Shown in pieces: positions 30,319 through 40,816 of a stretch of DNA of 64,000 nt. The notes below the pieces were generated by a model. That model did not search any database and was not told where the DNA came from. It saw only the letters and a program-made list of their open reading frames with translations. The DNA comes from an uncultured Fibrobacterota bacterium (GTDB lineage Bacteria; Fibrobacterota; Chitinivibrionia; Chitinivibrionales; JANQEN01), in assembly GCA_964543525.1 (NCBI GenBank), contig CAZIYW010000011.1, forward strand, positions 1,300 to 65,299, given 5' to 3'. The first letter of the stretch is position 1. Each line of letters begins with the position of its first letter. The translations under genes and the position numbers were made by a program.

Positions 30319-30561
30319 GTGCCGCTTGATTGTATTGATGAACTTGAAAAGAAAATAGATGCATTACTCAGTTCACTAAAACAAGCAAGAAGTGAGAACA
30401 AGGATATAATGGGCAGAATTCAGGCACTTGAGAAAGAAAACGGCGAGCTGAAGGATGAGCTGGAAGCAGTCAAAAATGATTCTTCAGAGAGCCGGAACCA
30501 ACTGAAATCTGCCGCTGAAAAAATAAAAAGTTTAATATCCAGGCTCGAAGCTATAGAATAA
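30319..30561 (+). CDS. zapB: ZapB-like coiled-coil cell division protein
   Basis: 80-aa coiled coil (ELEKKID.LL..L..EN..L) directly upstream of zapA. Confidence 0.65.
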   Translation: MPLDCIDELEKKIDALLSSLKQARSENKDIMGRIQALEKENGELKDELEAVKNDSSESRNQLKSAAEKIKSLISRLEAIE

Positions 30562-30598
30562 CTCTTTCAGATGGCAGGGGTGTCATCGTGGGGGCCTC

Positions 30599-30901
30599 AT
30601 GGGTTCGACAAACGAAAGTGTGCGTGTCAATATATGCGGCGACGAATATTCCATTAAAACTGATATTGATATAGAAACGACCAAAAAAATCGCTGAATAT
30701 GTTAATCAGAAGATGATGGAATTAAAAAGGAATAGTCCTATACGTGATAATTTAAAAATTGCAGTTCTCTCTGCGTTAAATATTGCGGGAGAATTGCATG
30801 AATACAGGGAGAGATGTGAAAAAGCACAAAAGAAACTTTCTGATTTTGAACATAAAGCAACAACACTTTTTCAAAAAATAGAAAGCGGTATTAGCGAATA
30901 A
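30599..30901 (+). CDS. zapA: Cell division protein ZapA
   Basis: V.ICGDEYSI..IAEYVNQKM..AVLSALNIAGEL. Confidence 0.9.
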   Translation: MGSTNESVRVNICGDEYSIKTDIDIETTKKIAEYVNQKMMELKRNSPIRDNLKIAVLSALNIAGELHEYRERCEKAQKKLSDFEHKATTLFQKIESGISE

Positions 30902-30903
30902 TA

Positions 30904-31022
30904 TATCCCTGCGTATTCGACCTCTCTTTTCTCCTGCGCACACAATAAGCCCCCAAAGCGGTTTCTGCCGTTATTATTATCGAGCCGGATTTCCAGATTT
31001 TGTGCGAAAAGCACGCATGTAT
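30904..31022 (+). ncRNA. ssrS: Candidate 6S RNA (short); boundaries approximate
   Basis: zapA-[gap]-rny synteny; starts TCCCTGCGTATTCG; outer TGCGT/ACGCA and inner CGCACA/TGTGCG stems flank a pyrimidine-rich bubble; shorter than typical. Confidence 0.45.
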
Positions 31023-31091
31023 GGTACTATCTACCGTTCAAAACGGTATACCATTATGTGATTATTATAGTTTTTCTTGTGGGAGGTTTGT

Positions 31092-32669
31092 ATGAATGGA
31101 CAGTTAGTATACGTTGTGATTGGTCTTGTCATTGCTCTGGGTGCATTTCTGGTCGGTTATTTCTGGCGATCGATTGTTGATAGAAAATATTCCGAAAAGC
31201 GGGAGTTAAATGCGCAGAAAGAGGCTGAAATTATACTTGACAAAGCAAAAAAAGAGGCCGAGCTTTCCAAAAAAACGGCTATCCTTGAAGCGAAGGATGA
31301 ATGGTTTAAGGCAAAATCAAAATTTGAGGAAGAGGTCGCTCAGAAAAAAGAGGTGCTTCGTGCTGAGCAGCAACGTATTAAAGAACAGAATATTGAATTA
31401 AAACACAGGAGCGATACCATATCAAAACGTGAGAGTGAGTTTACTGCACGCGAAAATTTTCTTAACAGCAAAGAAAAAACGCTCCGTACGAAAGATTCTG
31501 AACTCAGCCGGCTCCTGGCGCAGCAAAACGAGAAGCTTGAGAGAATAGCACATTTAACGGAGGAAGAAGCAAAGAAAATATTACTCGAAAACCTTGAAAA
31601 TCAAGTGCGGTATGAATGTGCGCAGTTAATTAAAGACAAAAAAGACGAAGCACGGGCTGAGGCTGAGAAGGAAGCGAAGGAAATTGTTCTGCGGGCTATT
31701 CAGCGATGTGCGGCTGATACCACAATAGAATCCACCGTTTCGGTGGTGCATCTTCCGAATGACGAGATGAAGGGTCGTATTATCGGGCGCGAGGGAAGAA
31801 ATATTCGTGCTTTCGAAGAGGCAACCGGTATTGATGTTATTGTCGACGACACACCGGAGGCGGTTATTCTCTCGAGTTTTGACCCGATACGACGGGAAGT
31901 CGCTCGTCTTGCGCTGGAAAAACTCATCTCGGACGGCAGAATTCATCCCGGCCGCATTGAGGAACTTATCGCGAAAAGTGAGGAGGAGCTTAACAGGAAA
32001 ATCAAGGATGCCGCGGAAGAGGTTCTCTATGACCTCGATGTACATGGCTTGAAACCAAAGCTGGTGGAGATGCTCGGGCGACTGAAATTTCGCACCTCTT
32101 ACGGTCAGAATGTACTGCAGCACAGCAAAGAAGTGGCTATCCTTTCAGGAATAATCGCGTCGGAACTCGGATTTGATTCAAAAATTGCCATACGGGCGGG
32201 ATTGCTCCACGACATCGGAAAGGCGATTGACCGTGAGACTGAAGGTACCCATTCTGAGTTGGGCAAAGAGCTGGCCGAAAAATACGGTGAGAACCAGATT
32301 ATCTGCAACTCTATTGCCGCGCACCATGAGGATGTAACAGCGCTTTCTATTTATCCCGTTCTCGTACAGGCGGCCGATACCATTTCAAGCACCAGGCCCG
32401 GGGTAAGACGGGAAACGTTGACAAATTATGTTAATCGTCTGTCCAATCTTGAAGAGATCGCCGACTCCTTTAAAGGGGTCAACAAATCTTACGTCATACA
32501 GGCGGGCAGGGAGATCAGGGTTATAGTTGAACCGGAAAGCGTCTCTGATGCCGAATCTGAGGAACTGGCAAGACAGATATCCCAGAAAATCCAGGATGAA
32601 ATGGAATACCCGGGGCAGATAAAGGTAACCACGATTCGCGAAATCAGATATACTGAATACGCAAAGTAA
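31092..32669 (+). CDS. rny: Ribonuclease Y
   Basis: N-terminal TM, coiled coil, KH domain (KGRIIGREGRNIR), HD domain (LLHDIGKA); ATG 31092 after GGAGG. Confidence 0.98.
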   Translation: MNGQLVYVVIGLVIALGAFLVGYFWRSIVDRKYSEKRELNAQKEAEIILDKAKKEAELSKKTAILEAKDEWFKAKSKFEEEVAQKKEVLRAEQQRIKEQNIELKHRSDTISKRESEFTARENFLNSKEKTLRTKDSELSRLLAQQNEKLERIAHLTEEEAKKILLENLENQVRYECAQLIKDKKDEARAEAEKEAKEIVLRAIQRCAADTTIESTVSVVHLPNDEMKGRIIGREGRNIRAFEEATGIDVIVDDTPEAVILSSFDPIRREVARLALEKLISDGRIHPGRIEELIAKSEEELNRKIKDAAEEVLYDLDVHGLKPKLVEMLGRLKFRTSYGQNVLQHSKEVAILSGIIASELGFDSKIAIRAGLLHDIGKAIDRETEGTHSELGKELAEKYGENQIICNSIAAHHEDVTALSIYPVLVQAADTISSTRPGVRRETLTNYVNRLSNLEEIADSFKGVNKSYVIQAGREIRVIVEPESVSDAESEELARQISQKIQDEMEYPGQIKVTTIREIRYTEYAK

Positions 32670-32671
32670 AT

Positions 32672-32707
32672 AACAGGAACTCCTGCCTTTTTAAGAGTTC
32701 TGTTTTT
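32672..32707 (+). terminator. Intrinsic terminator after rny
   Basis: AACAG(G)AACTC...GAGTTCTGTT followed by a T-run. Confidence 0.55.
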
Positions 32708-32780
32708 ATAGGTGCCCATTCTGTTTTCCACTGTTTTTTGCTGTGGGTGAAGCTATGGGTAATTTCAGTTGAAAATAGCT

Positions 32781-33575
32781 ATGCGAATACTTTTCATCGG
32801 TGACATTTTTGGCAGTACGGGGCGAAGAATTCTTGCTGAAAACCTCAGGGAAATTCTGGAAGAGCATGGGGTTGATGTCTGCATCGCAAATGGTGAAAAT
32901 GCAGCAGGCGGAAGAGGAATAACGGTAAATATAGTTAAAAAACTCCATAAATACGGGGTGCATATTATTACCGGTGGAAACCACTCAATGGTCCACAGTG
33001 AAGTGTACGATGACACGTCACATGTAAAGCATCTGCTCCGTCCGCTCAATTTACCGAACGGTTCAAAAGGTATTGGAAAGCTCCTCTATGAACTGCCGGA
33101 AAACAAATATCTGGGTATCATCAATCTGATGGGGCGTACCTTCTGTGACGAATCGATTCCCTGCCCTTTTAAAACGGGTATGGACGCTGTCAAGGAGATG
33201 AGAAAAGTAACGCCGTTTATACTTATCGATTTCCATGCGGAAGCAACAAGTGAAAAGATATGTCTGGCCCACTATTTCGATGGTATGGCGAGCGCTGTTC
33301 TGGGCACCCATACTCACGTGCAGACCGCTGATGAACGGATTCTACCTAAAGGCACCGGATTTATATCTGATGTCGGTATGACCGGACCGGAAGAATCAGC
33401 TATCGGTATGAAACTGAAACCGATTTTACAGCGTTATTTATATCAGTCCCGCATACGGTTCGAGCCGGCGTCAAAGGGACCCATGTTCAATGCAGTAATG
33501 CTGGATATCGATAATGAAACCGGTAAATCATTACATATTTCCCGTATTTTCAAACGGATTTCCTTTACATCATGA
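32781..33575 (+). CDS. ymdB: YmdB/TIGR00282 metallophosphoesterase
   Basis: RILFIGD, NGENAAGG, TGGNH, DFHAEATSEK, GTHTHVQTAD, DVGMTGP. Confidence 0.93.
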   Translation: MRILFIGDIFGSTGRRILAENLREILEEHGVDVCIANGENAAGGRGITVNIVKKLHKYGVHIITGGNHSMVHSEVYDDTSHVKHLLRPLNLPNGSKGIGKLLYELPENKYLGIINLMGRTFCDESIPCPFKTGMDAVKEMRKVTPFILIDFHAEATSEKICLAHYFDGMASAVLGTHTHVQTADERILPKGTGFISDVGMTGPEESAIGMKLKPILQRYLYQSRIRFEPASKGPMFNAVMLDIDNETGKSLHISRIFKRISFTS

Positions 33576-34801
33576 CTGAGTTTTATACCTTTCTCACCCC
33601 GCAGGAAAGTGAACGGCCATACACGGTCAGTGAAATCAATGACGGTATAGCCACGATTATTGAATCGGAGAATACGCTCGTATGGGTTGAGGCAGAGATA
33701 TCAAATTTCAAGCGCGCTTCCAGCGGTCACTTCTATATGCGGTTGAAGGATGAAGAGAGTCAGATTCCTGCAGTCATGTGGCGTTCTACCGCCCGGAAAC
33801 ATGATTTCGAGCCTGAAGACGGCCTGGCCGTTACAGTTATCGCTTCCATTCGGGTGTATCGAAAAGGTGGCTATTACCAGCTTGATATACACCGGATGCA
33901 GCCCTCGGGTATAGGCGCATTGTATGCTGCTTTTGAGAAACTGCGGACCAGGCTTGAAGCTGAGGGCCTTTTTGATCTCGCTCATAAAAAACCGCTGCCG
34001 GAAACGGTCAAAACACTTGGGGTTGTTACCGCCAAAACCGGCGCGGCAATCCGCGATATTATCCGGGTCGTTTCAAAACGCTCCCCGCAGACTGATATCC
34101 TCCTGCGGAGTGTGCCGGTCCAGGGTGATGAGGCTCCTGCTGCAATCATTACCGCTATAGAGGAGCTAAACGACTATGGTACTGTTGATTGTATTATCGT
34201 GGGGAGAGGCGGCGGTTCTGTGGAGGACCTCTGGGCTTTTAACAACGAAGGCGTGGTTCGGGCAATCTTTGCTTCACACATTCCGATAATCTCCGCGGTG
34301 GGTCATGAAATCGATTTTACCCTGTCCGATTTTGCTGCAGATGTCCGTGCGCCGACTCCGTCGGCAGCGGCAGAAATTGCCGTTGCCGATGATCGGGAAA
34401 AAAGACGCCATTTTGATGCGATCGCAAAACGGTTCTCATCCGCTCTTCAACACTACTTTGCGACTATTAACAACCGGTATACTGCCGTTGTTCGAAATCC
34501 CGTATTTAAAAGAGCGATCCATGCTTTAACCGACGCACATCAGTACTGTGATATGCTTCGCGAACGACAGATGCATGCTATAGCATATATAATAAAAAAC
34601 GCGAAAACGCGTCTGGCGAAAAACGCCGCCAGCCTGCAGGCACTGAGCCCTCTGGGCGTGCTGTCACGCGGATACTGTGCCGTAACCACTGAAGATGGTA
34701 TGCGGGTGAGCAGTGCGGCACAATTGCATGTAGGTGATCATATCTATATGCGATTTCATAAGGGAAACGCCTCGGCCGATGTTACAGAAGTAAAAGAGTA
34801 A
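33572..34801 (+). CDS. xseA: Exodeoxyribonuclease VII large subunit
   Basis: SGHFY..LKD, GRGGGSVEDLWAFN, SAVGHEIDFT..D.RAPTPSAAAE. Confidence 0.97.
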   Translation: MTEFYTFLTPQESERPYTVSEINDGIATIIESENTLVWVEAEISNFKRASSGHFYMRLKDEESQIPAVMWRSTARKHDFEPEDGLAVTVIASIRVYRKGGYYQLDIHRMQPSGIGALYAAFEKLRTRLEAEGLFDLAHKKPLPETVKTLGVVTAKTGAAIRDIIRVVSKRSPQTDILLRSVPVQGDEAPAAIITAIEELNDYGTVDCIIVGRGGGSVEDLWAFNNEGVVRAIFASHIPIISAVGHEIDFTLSDFAADVRAPTPSAAAEIAVADDREKRRHFDAIAKRFSSALQHYFATINNRYTAVVRNPVFKRAIHALTDAHQYCDMLRERQMHAIAYIIKNAKTRLAKNAASLQALSPLGVLSRGYCAVTTEDGMRVSSAAQLHVGDHIYMRFHKGNASADVTEVKE

Positions 34802-34931
34802 TGGAATCATGAAATATTACTTTAACGTTCTCTGTGAATGTTTCTTAGGATCAGGCTGGCGGAAAAGTATATTTTATTTTTAATCACCCACGGGGAGGAA
34901 TTACTATTACTAAAAAAGATCCGTTACTACT

Positions 34932-35198
34932 ATGGTACAGAAACAGGAAACATTTGAATCCGCGATAAAAAAACTGGAAACGATTATTGAGAGCCTTGAA
35001 GATGAAGATCTCACCCTTGATAAGGCTTTGCAGAATTTTGAAAAAGGCGTAACGCTGATGCGTATCTGCGAGAACCACCTTCGGAATGCTGAAGGCAGGC
35101 TGAAAGAGCTTTTAAAAGGTGAAAACGGCGAATTTGTCGAAAAAATTCTCGGGGTAACACTGGATTCGGTAATTGGCGGAGAAGAGTTTGATGAGTGA
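34932..35198 (+). CDS. xseB: Exodeoxyribonuclease VII small subunit
   Basis: FESAIKKLETII..LE...L.LD..L..FEKG. Confidence 0.95.
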   Translation: MVQKQETFESAIKKLETIIESLEDEDLTLDKALQNFEKGVTLMRICENHLRNAEGRLKELLKGENGEFVEKILGVTLDSVIGGEEFDE

Positions 35199-36063
35199 TA
35201 TTAAAGAGTATCTGCACAGGGTATCGGCTTTAATTAATGAGACACTGGAAGAAATCCTTCCGGCTGAAACGGTGTATCCTGAATCGATACACCGGCTTAT
35301 GCGGTACTCAACGTTTGCCGGCGGTAAACGAATACGGCCTTGTCTCCTTTTAGCGGCGAATGAAGCCTGTGGCGAGCCTTTCGGCAACAGAGATTCTGCG
35401 CTGGCAGGTGCGGCAATTGAAATGCTTCACACCTTTTCGCTCATACATGATGATCTGCCGTGCATGGACGATGACGATTTCCGTCGCGGCAAGCCGACCG
35501 CACACAAGGCATTCACTGAAGCACTTGCAGTACTCGGTGGAGACGCCCTCTGCATTTTTGCATTTGAAATACTCTCCCGAATCGGTCGTATTGATATTAT
35601 TGCGGAGATATCTCAGGCACTCGGCACCGCAGGTATGATTGGCGGCCAGGTGGTTGACATTGCATCTGAAGGGAAAGCGGTTGACCGGGCCACGGTGGAA
35701 TATATTCACAACAACAAAACAGCTGCGTTCATTCGCGCATCGGTACGAACCGGTGCGCTTCTTGCAAACGCATCGGCGGAAGCGCTCGGCAAACTGACTG
35801 CTTACGGCAACCATATCGGCCTTGCGTTTCAGGTTATCGATGATATTCTTGACGAAGAGAGTACCACCGAAACCCTGGGTAAGGACGTCGGCAGTGATCG
35901 GGAGAAAGGGAAAGCGACCTTTCCGGCCGTATGCGGTATGGAAGAATCGAAGCGGTATGCCAAGGAACTGATAGAACGTTCCCATGCCGATATCGATTTT
36001 CTTGGTGAAAAAGGTACCACACTGTATCAACTTGCAGACTATATCCGTCTTCGCGTCTCATAA
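35191..36063 (+). CDS. ispA: Polyprenyl (farnesyl) diphosphate synthase
   Basis: GGKRIRP, HDDLPCMDDDDFRRG, FQVIDDILD; ATG 35191 overlaps the xseB end. Confidence 0.92.
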   Translation: MSDIKEYLHRVSALINETLEEILPAETVYPESIHRLMRYSTFAGGKRIRPCLLLAANEACGEPFGNRDSALAGAAIEMLHTFSLIHDDLPCMDDDDFRRGKPTAHKAFTEALAVLGGDALCIFAFEILSRIGRIDIIAEISQALGTAGMIGGQVVDIASEGKAVDRATVEYIHNNKTAAFIRASVRTGALLANASAEALGKLTAYGNHIGLAFQVIDDILDEESTTETLGKDVGSDREKGKATFPAVCGMEESKRYAKELIERSHADIDFLGEKGTTLYQLADYIRLRVS

Positions 36064-36116
36064 CCGGATAAATAAAATTCTCCCCAGATGTCCTCCCCTT
36101 TTTTAGATTATGTAGT

Positions 36117-36866
36117 ATGAATACACGGCAATGGAATCTCGCAGCGCTCCTGCTCTGGCTTCTTTCATGCGTATCAACGCCGCCGCAAAAGAGAGCCTAT
36201 GCATACCACGAAACGAAGCACTTTACCATCTATTATTACGAAGATGAGTTTTCACTCCAGGAAGTGCGCCGTATCGGGGAAAAGAAGGAACGGTTTCTTG
36301 CGTTTATAAATAATGAACTCGCTCTTGACTACGACGGAGTGGTTTCCGCCTATCTCTATCTCACCGGCGATGAATACGCTTATGCCAATACCGAAGAGGA
36401 GACTTATGAATCACGAAGCTATGTAATGACCGATCCGGGGCATGAAATCGTTCATATTGTCACATTTGAAGAACTGGGATATTCGCAAAGCGCTTTTCTT
36501 AAGGAGGGCATTGCGGTATCATATGAACTGGATTTCGAGAATTACAATGCGATTGAAAATTATGTGCGGTATCGAAGACACATCGACTCAACCGACGCGG
36601 CACATGGCGAATGGTATGATACACAGCAAACGATCTCCCGGCAGCTCGGTGAAGATGATTTTGATTACTCCTATTTCAGCTACCAGCGCGCCGGAGCGTT
36701 TGTTAAATATCTTACGATTACCTACGGTATTGACAAAGTAAACACATTTTACAGCAGCAGCATCGATAATCCCCGTTCCCTTCGACGGGTCGATTTTAAA
36801 AAAATCTTCGGCGCATCCATCGAAGAGGTTGAAAAACAGTTTATTACCACCTGTTTTCCACCATAG
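36117..36866 (+). CDS. Lipoprotein with gluzincin/peptidase MA-like motif
   Basis: Lipobox LLSC; HEIVH followed by EGIAV; Y..AGAFVKYL. Confidence 0.6.
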   Translation: MNTRQWNLAALLLWLLSCVSTPPQKRAYAYHETKHFTIYYYEDEFSLQEVRRIGEKKERFLAFINNELALDYDGVVSAYLYLTGDEYAYANTEEETYESRSYVMTDPGHEIVHIVTFEELGYSQSAFLKEGIAVSYELDFENYNAIENYVRYRRHIDSTDAAHGEWYDTQQTISRQLGEDDFDYSYFSYQRAGAFVKYLTITYGIDKVNTFYSSSIDNPRSLRRVDFKKIFGASIEEVEKQFITTCFPP

Positions 36867-36935
36867 ACCGGGATTAGTCACAAAATTCAAAGAGCGTTAT
36901 TGATTAATAGAGAATTCTGATAAGGAGTTTCGAAC

Positions 36936-38894
36936 ATGAAAACCATACCTTTTCTTTTTCTGGCAGGTATTATTCTGATAACAATACAGTGCAGCGACAA
37001 TCCGCAACTGGTATTTCCTGAAGATGAGCAGATTGCCCGGATAACCGGCTATATCTCACCAAAGGGTGTTACGGCGACGGTATATATCCTCGATGCAATA
37101 ATAATCGATTCAGCGGTTACCGACTCGGCAACGGGTTATTTTCAATTTGTCAATGTACCTTATGGGAGTTATCTGCTTAAAGTTGTGGCGCAGGGGTACG
37201 GCATTATAACGGAACCCCTTTATGTTAATGCATCCTATGTCAACATGCATACCCTTCGTCTGAAAGATTACCCGTCCCAGATTCATTCTATTACGCCTGA
37301 GAATAACAGTATTGTAAAGGCGGGAAATGTGTCATTTTTCACCGATACGACAGCGGTGATACGGATAACCTTTAAAGAGCGTATGGACACGGTAAGTGTG
37401 AAAGACGCCTTTTCCGTTACACCGGCCATCAGTTGGCGCATTGCAAAAACCGAGTTCTCCGAGCCATACCATTCAATGTATATTGCCATGCCGATAATCG
37501 ATTTCTTCACCTATCCGGAAATAACCATTACGCTTGAACAGAGCGCCAAAACAGTCTACGGGGAGCACCTGGATTTTGACCTTGCTCTGAAATACTACCC
37601 GGATACGGCAAGTCTTTCAGAGGTAATTACTTACACCTATATTATTTCGACCGTTCCCTATAACAGCCAAACCGACGTCAATGCCGCAACAGATATCAAA
37701 ATCCGTTTCCGTACACCAATGAACCGGGTAAGTGTAGAACAGGCATTCAGTCTGTCTCCGACTGCGACCCCAAATTTTTTCTGGAGTATTTACACCAATT
37801 ATGAGGAACTGACAGTCAAATTCGCCATACCTCTCCGGAATAATACTGTATACACGGTTACGCTGGATACCGGGATGACGACCTTTGATTCAACCGTTAT
37901 ACCGGGCTCGCTTTCATTCTCGTTTACCACTCGATCCATGCAGTTTATAGACTATTCACCTCTTGACGGAGAACCTTCCTTTCCGGCAACTGATCCGTTC
38001 CGTTATACGCTCAATTTCCTCGTTGACCCGGCAGATTTTCTCAACGCATTTTCGATAGCGCCGCCTGTTGATTCTCTCTCGCTTTCGATCACCCTGTCAC
38101 CCACTTCGGGCTATTATGATGTAACGGTGTATCATTCCCTGTTAAAATTGGATACAACATATACAGTTACTATTGATTCAACATTGAAAGCTATCGGCGG
38201 GGCCGCCCTGGGAACAATTTTTACACAAACATTTACGACTGAGTCGATTTTAAGTGATACGACTTCGCAGATTGACTCCTCTCTTATAAGTTCGGTGGTA
38301 CCTTCAGATACCACGCACCTGATTAACTGCAGCGGTGAACCCCGAATCTATTTCAGGTATTCAATGGATAAACAATCCGTTGAGCAGAGAATATCTCTTA
38401 CACCGGCTACCCTGTTTACAGTTTCCTGGCAGGATTATCTTCAGTCCGAGGACAGAATTGTCAACATCAATCCATCACAGCGGCTCAAGGCTAATACACT
38501 GTATACCGTGGTTATTGATTCGGGGTATCAGACAAAAGCGGAAACTGTCGGTAACCGATATACCTTTTCCTTTAAGACAGAACCGATAACCCTCATGGAA
38601 TATGAACCTCTTAACGGTCAGGTTAACGTGCCGGCCTCGAACCCAATCAGACTGAAATTTAATACGGCGCTGGACACATCGTCACTGCTGACGAATATAG
38701 TAATTGTACCGTCGCTGGATTCAACGGGTATCTCGTATACGGGTGTAATGGATGATAATGCCTGGTACTACATCAGTCACAAAGCATTCCTGCCTGATAC
38801 CACCTATACAGTCACCCTGCAGGAAAGTATAACCGATCTCTTTGGAGTCCTTCTGGGAAGATCCTATACTATTTCATTCACTACCGGTAATTAG
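36936..38894 (+). CDS. Lipoprotein with carboxypeptidase-regulatory-like domain and about 5 Ig-like (Big_5-like) repeats
   Basis: Lipobox TIQC; repeats of P..G..V....I.I.F...M...SV..AF...P....YTVT....YSFSFTT. Confidence 0.75.
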   Translation: MKTIPFLFLAGIILITIQCSDNPQLVFPEDEQIARITGYISPKGVTATVYILDAIIIDSAVTDSATGYFQFVNVPYGSYLLKVVAQGYGIITEPLYVNASYVNMHTLRLKDYPSQIHSITPENNSIVKAGNVSFFTDTTAVIRITFKERMDTVSVKDAFSVTPAISWRIAKTEFSEPYHSMYIAMPIIDFFTYPEITITLEQSAKTVYGEHLDFDLALKYYPDTASLSEVITYTYIISTVPYNSQTDVNAATDIKIRFRTPMNRVSVEQAFSLSPTATPNFFWSIYTNYEELTVKFAIPLRNNTVYTVTLDTGMTTFDSTVIPGSLSFSFTTRSMQFIDYSPLDGEPSFPATDPFRYTLNFLVDPADFLNAFSIAPPVDSLSLSITLSPTSGYYDVTVYHSLLKLDTTYTVTIDSTLKAIGGAALGTIFTQTFTTESILSDTTSQIDSSLISSVVPSDTTHLINCSGEPRIYFRYSMDKQSVEQRISLTPATLFTVSWQDYLQSEDRIVNINPSQRLKANTLYTVVIDSGYQTKAETVGNRYTFSFKTEPITLMEYEPLNGQVNVPASNPIRLKFNTALDTSSLLTNIVIVPSLDSTGISYTGVMDDNAWYYISHKAFLPDTTYTVTLQESITDLFGVLLGRSYTISFTTGN

Positions 38895-38900
38895 GCCTGT

Positions 38901-40313
38901 ATGAAAACCTGTGCCCTGTTTCCGCTGCTGCTGTTTCTGATGTTCCTGTGGTCAAACACGTTCGCCCGCGTACACGGGCTGTACGAAATGCCGACGGGCA
39001 TGCAGATTCCTCCGCAGTACGAAGCGGCAAAAAACCTTACTGCACTGTATACAAATGATTTACAATGGAGTATCCTCAGCAGAAATGACATGTACCTTAC
39101 TCATTCTGCAACTGCAATCCCTTTTTTCAATACGTATCTGTCCTACTATGGCCGGAATAGATTTGGGACGCACAACGGTCCTGATTTTCAACTCCAGAAG
39201 CTCCTGTTCACCAAGGTTTTTAACCAGGCAGGTATCTCTGCCGGCGTCGGGTATGATTTCAATCGTGTTCGTGACAGCCATTATACTTATTATTACGGCA
39301 TTATCACGCACGACGACTTCGGAAATCCGATTAAAGAGGAACTTCACGGACGTCTTACGCTCAATGCCTATGATGAAAACAGGTACTACACGAATTTGAA
39401 TACACTCCTTTCCCTCGGAAAAAACCGGAAATTGCTCTTTGCGACCGATCTCCTTCTCGCAACACAAAAGGGTTTTAAATATTTTGAGCAGTTTGATGAA
39501 AGCAGCAAGAGCTCGAAATACAACACAAGTCGTATCAGCTATTATGATCTGCACGATCAGGCATATTCGTATGACTATTATCTGGGTGTCATTTACTGGC
39601 GCCATCTGAGATCACGCAGGAACCGTAAATTCTCACTGGCATATAACCTGTCATGGAACCACAGCCATCAGCATTCAGAGCCGGACTATCTTGCTGGCAT
39701 CAGGCCGTACTTTGAGGGAGTCTCTCCCGATCTGGGTACGACTATTCAATACACCGGTGTGGATAATTACCAGAATACAATCATGCTCGAGTTATCCGTT
39801 GCGGATCTGTTTCCCGATATGGTCACCGGGCAGCGGCCGTTGTTATGGGGTCTGCTGCACTTTCAATTTGCCCTTGACAAATTGAGCATTGCCCTTGCCG
39901 GTGAGTACAATGTTACCGATGAAACCCACATAAACCGCTGGCAACGACCGCAGGGGATTTTCTGGGGGAAGACGAAGCATACCTGTACCGATTCTCCGGT
40001 ATCGCTGGTTCTTGATCATGCATTCAGATTTTTCCTGTTTAAACACCTCTATGCAAAGGTGGAATATTACTCCACAAAGAGCGTCACCTATGGTCAGGAC
40101 TTTATTGCTGCGGAACTTGATCAGCGAATCGCCACTTCATTCGGCGCACAATTTGTAATCAATAACCTGTTCCTGCTCGAAATCAAACACGGCTTTTATC
40201 ATGTCAATTTTGGTCTGTCACTGTATTCCGACCGCACTGATTACACCAACCGATGGCATTGGGGTAAAAGAAACGATCCTGGAATTCTTCTCAGGATTGC
40301 CATGCTGCAATAA
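38901..40313 (+). CDS. Hypothetical secreted protein, probable outer-membrane beta-barrel
   Basis: Signal peptide; aromatic-rich alternating strands; co-oriented 6 nt after the Ig-repeat lipoprotein. Confidence 0.55.
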   Translation: MKTCALFPLLLFLMFLWSNTFARVHGLYEMPTGMQIPPQYEAAKNLTALYTNDLQWSILSRNDMYLTHSATAIPFFNTYLSYYGRNRFGTHNGPDFQLQKLLFTKVFNQAGISAGVGYDFNRVRDSHYTYYYGIITHDDFGNPIKEELHGRLTLNAYDENRYYTNLNTLLSLGKNRKLLFATDLLLATQKGFKYFEQFDESSKSSKYNTSRISYYDLHDQAYSYDYYLGVIYWRHLRSRRNRKFSLAYNLSWNHSHQHSEPDYLAGIRPYFEGVSPDLGTTIQYTGVDNYQNTIMLELSVADLFPDMVTGQRPLLWGLLHFQFALDKLSIALAGEYNVTDETHINRWQRPQGIFWGKTKHTCTDSPVSLVLDHAFRFFLFKHLYAKVEYYSTKSVTYGQDFIAAELDQRIATSFGAQFVINNLFLLEIKHGFYHVNFGLSLYSDRTDYTNRWHWGKRNDPGILLRIAMLQ

Positions 40314-40379
40314 TCGTGAATATGATTATTCTTACTGCTTATCAGCATCAACCGACGTTCGTGGGCGGACACGTATCAA

Positions 40380-40600
40380 CGATCCTGCAACGGCGTAAGG
40401 CGCTCCTTTACCATTTATCATACGGGAATCGTGCGTGACAGATTTTAAAGGAGTCGGATCCGGTAACGTTACGCAGCAGTTTAAGCGATCGGTAAACACC
40501 CGGTTCCTTATTCCTGATTTTATACACAGCGACCACACCGACTTCACCGATTTCCGACTGTCAAAATAACAATTCAGTGTCTTTGGCACGAAGTAATAAT
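40380..40600 (-). pseudogene. Degraded N-lobe fragment of a Ser/Thr protein kinase
   Basis: With frameshifts: PKTLNCY../[28 protein letters not shown] (Gly-loop and VAIK-like) ../GAPY. Confidence 0.5.
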
Positions 40601-40816
40601 TACCGGCGCAGCGGACATTTGAACGTCCGGAACCGAAAACTATCTGTAATGCAACAACTTAATGGTCACATACCCCGCGAAGCATTATTTTTATGCAGGA
40701 TATACCAAACACCTCCGGCCGGGGAAAAGGCATCCGCCGACATCTCGGGAGAGAGTATTTCGAAGGTGTTGGGTAGGATTAAAAATAGTACAAGCAACTC
40801 AAAAGGATTGTGTCAA

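Noticed and set aside
40700-40805. Glycine riboswitch upstream of tdh (GGAGAG..CGAAGG..AACTC in order)
   Set aside because: Biologically plausible, but P2 and the CTCTCAGG core are missing; only a generic stem (40705-40714/40764-40772) is supported
40577-40816. 80-aa N-terminal extension of Tdh
   Set aside because: Homology begins at MKKMKAL, which has its own SD; the extension overlaps the kinase remnant
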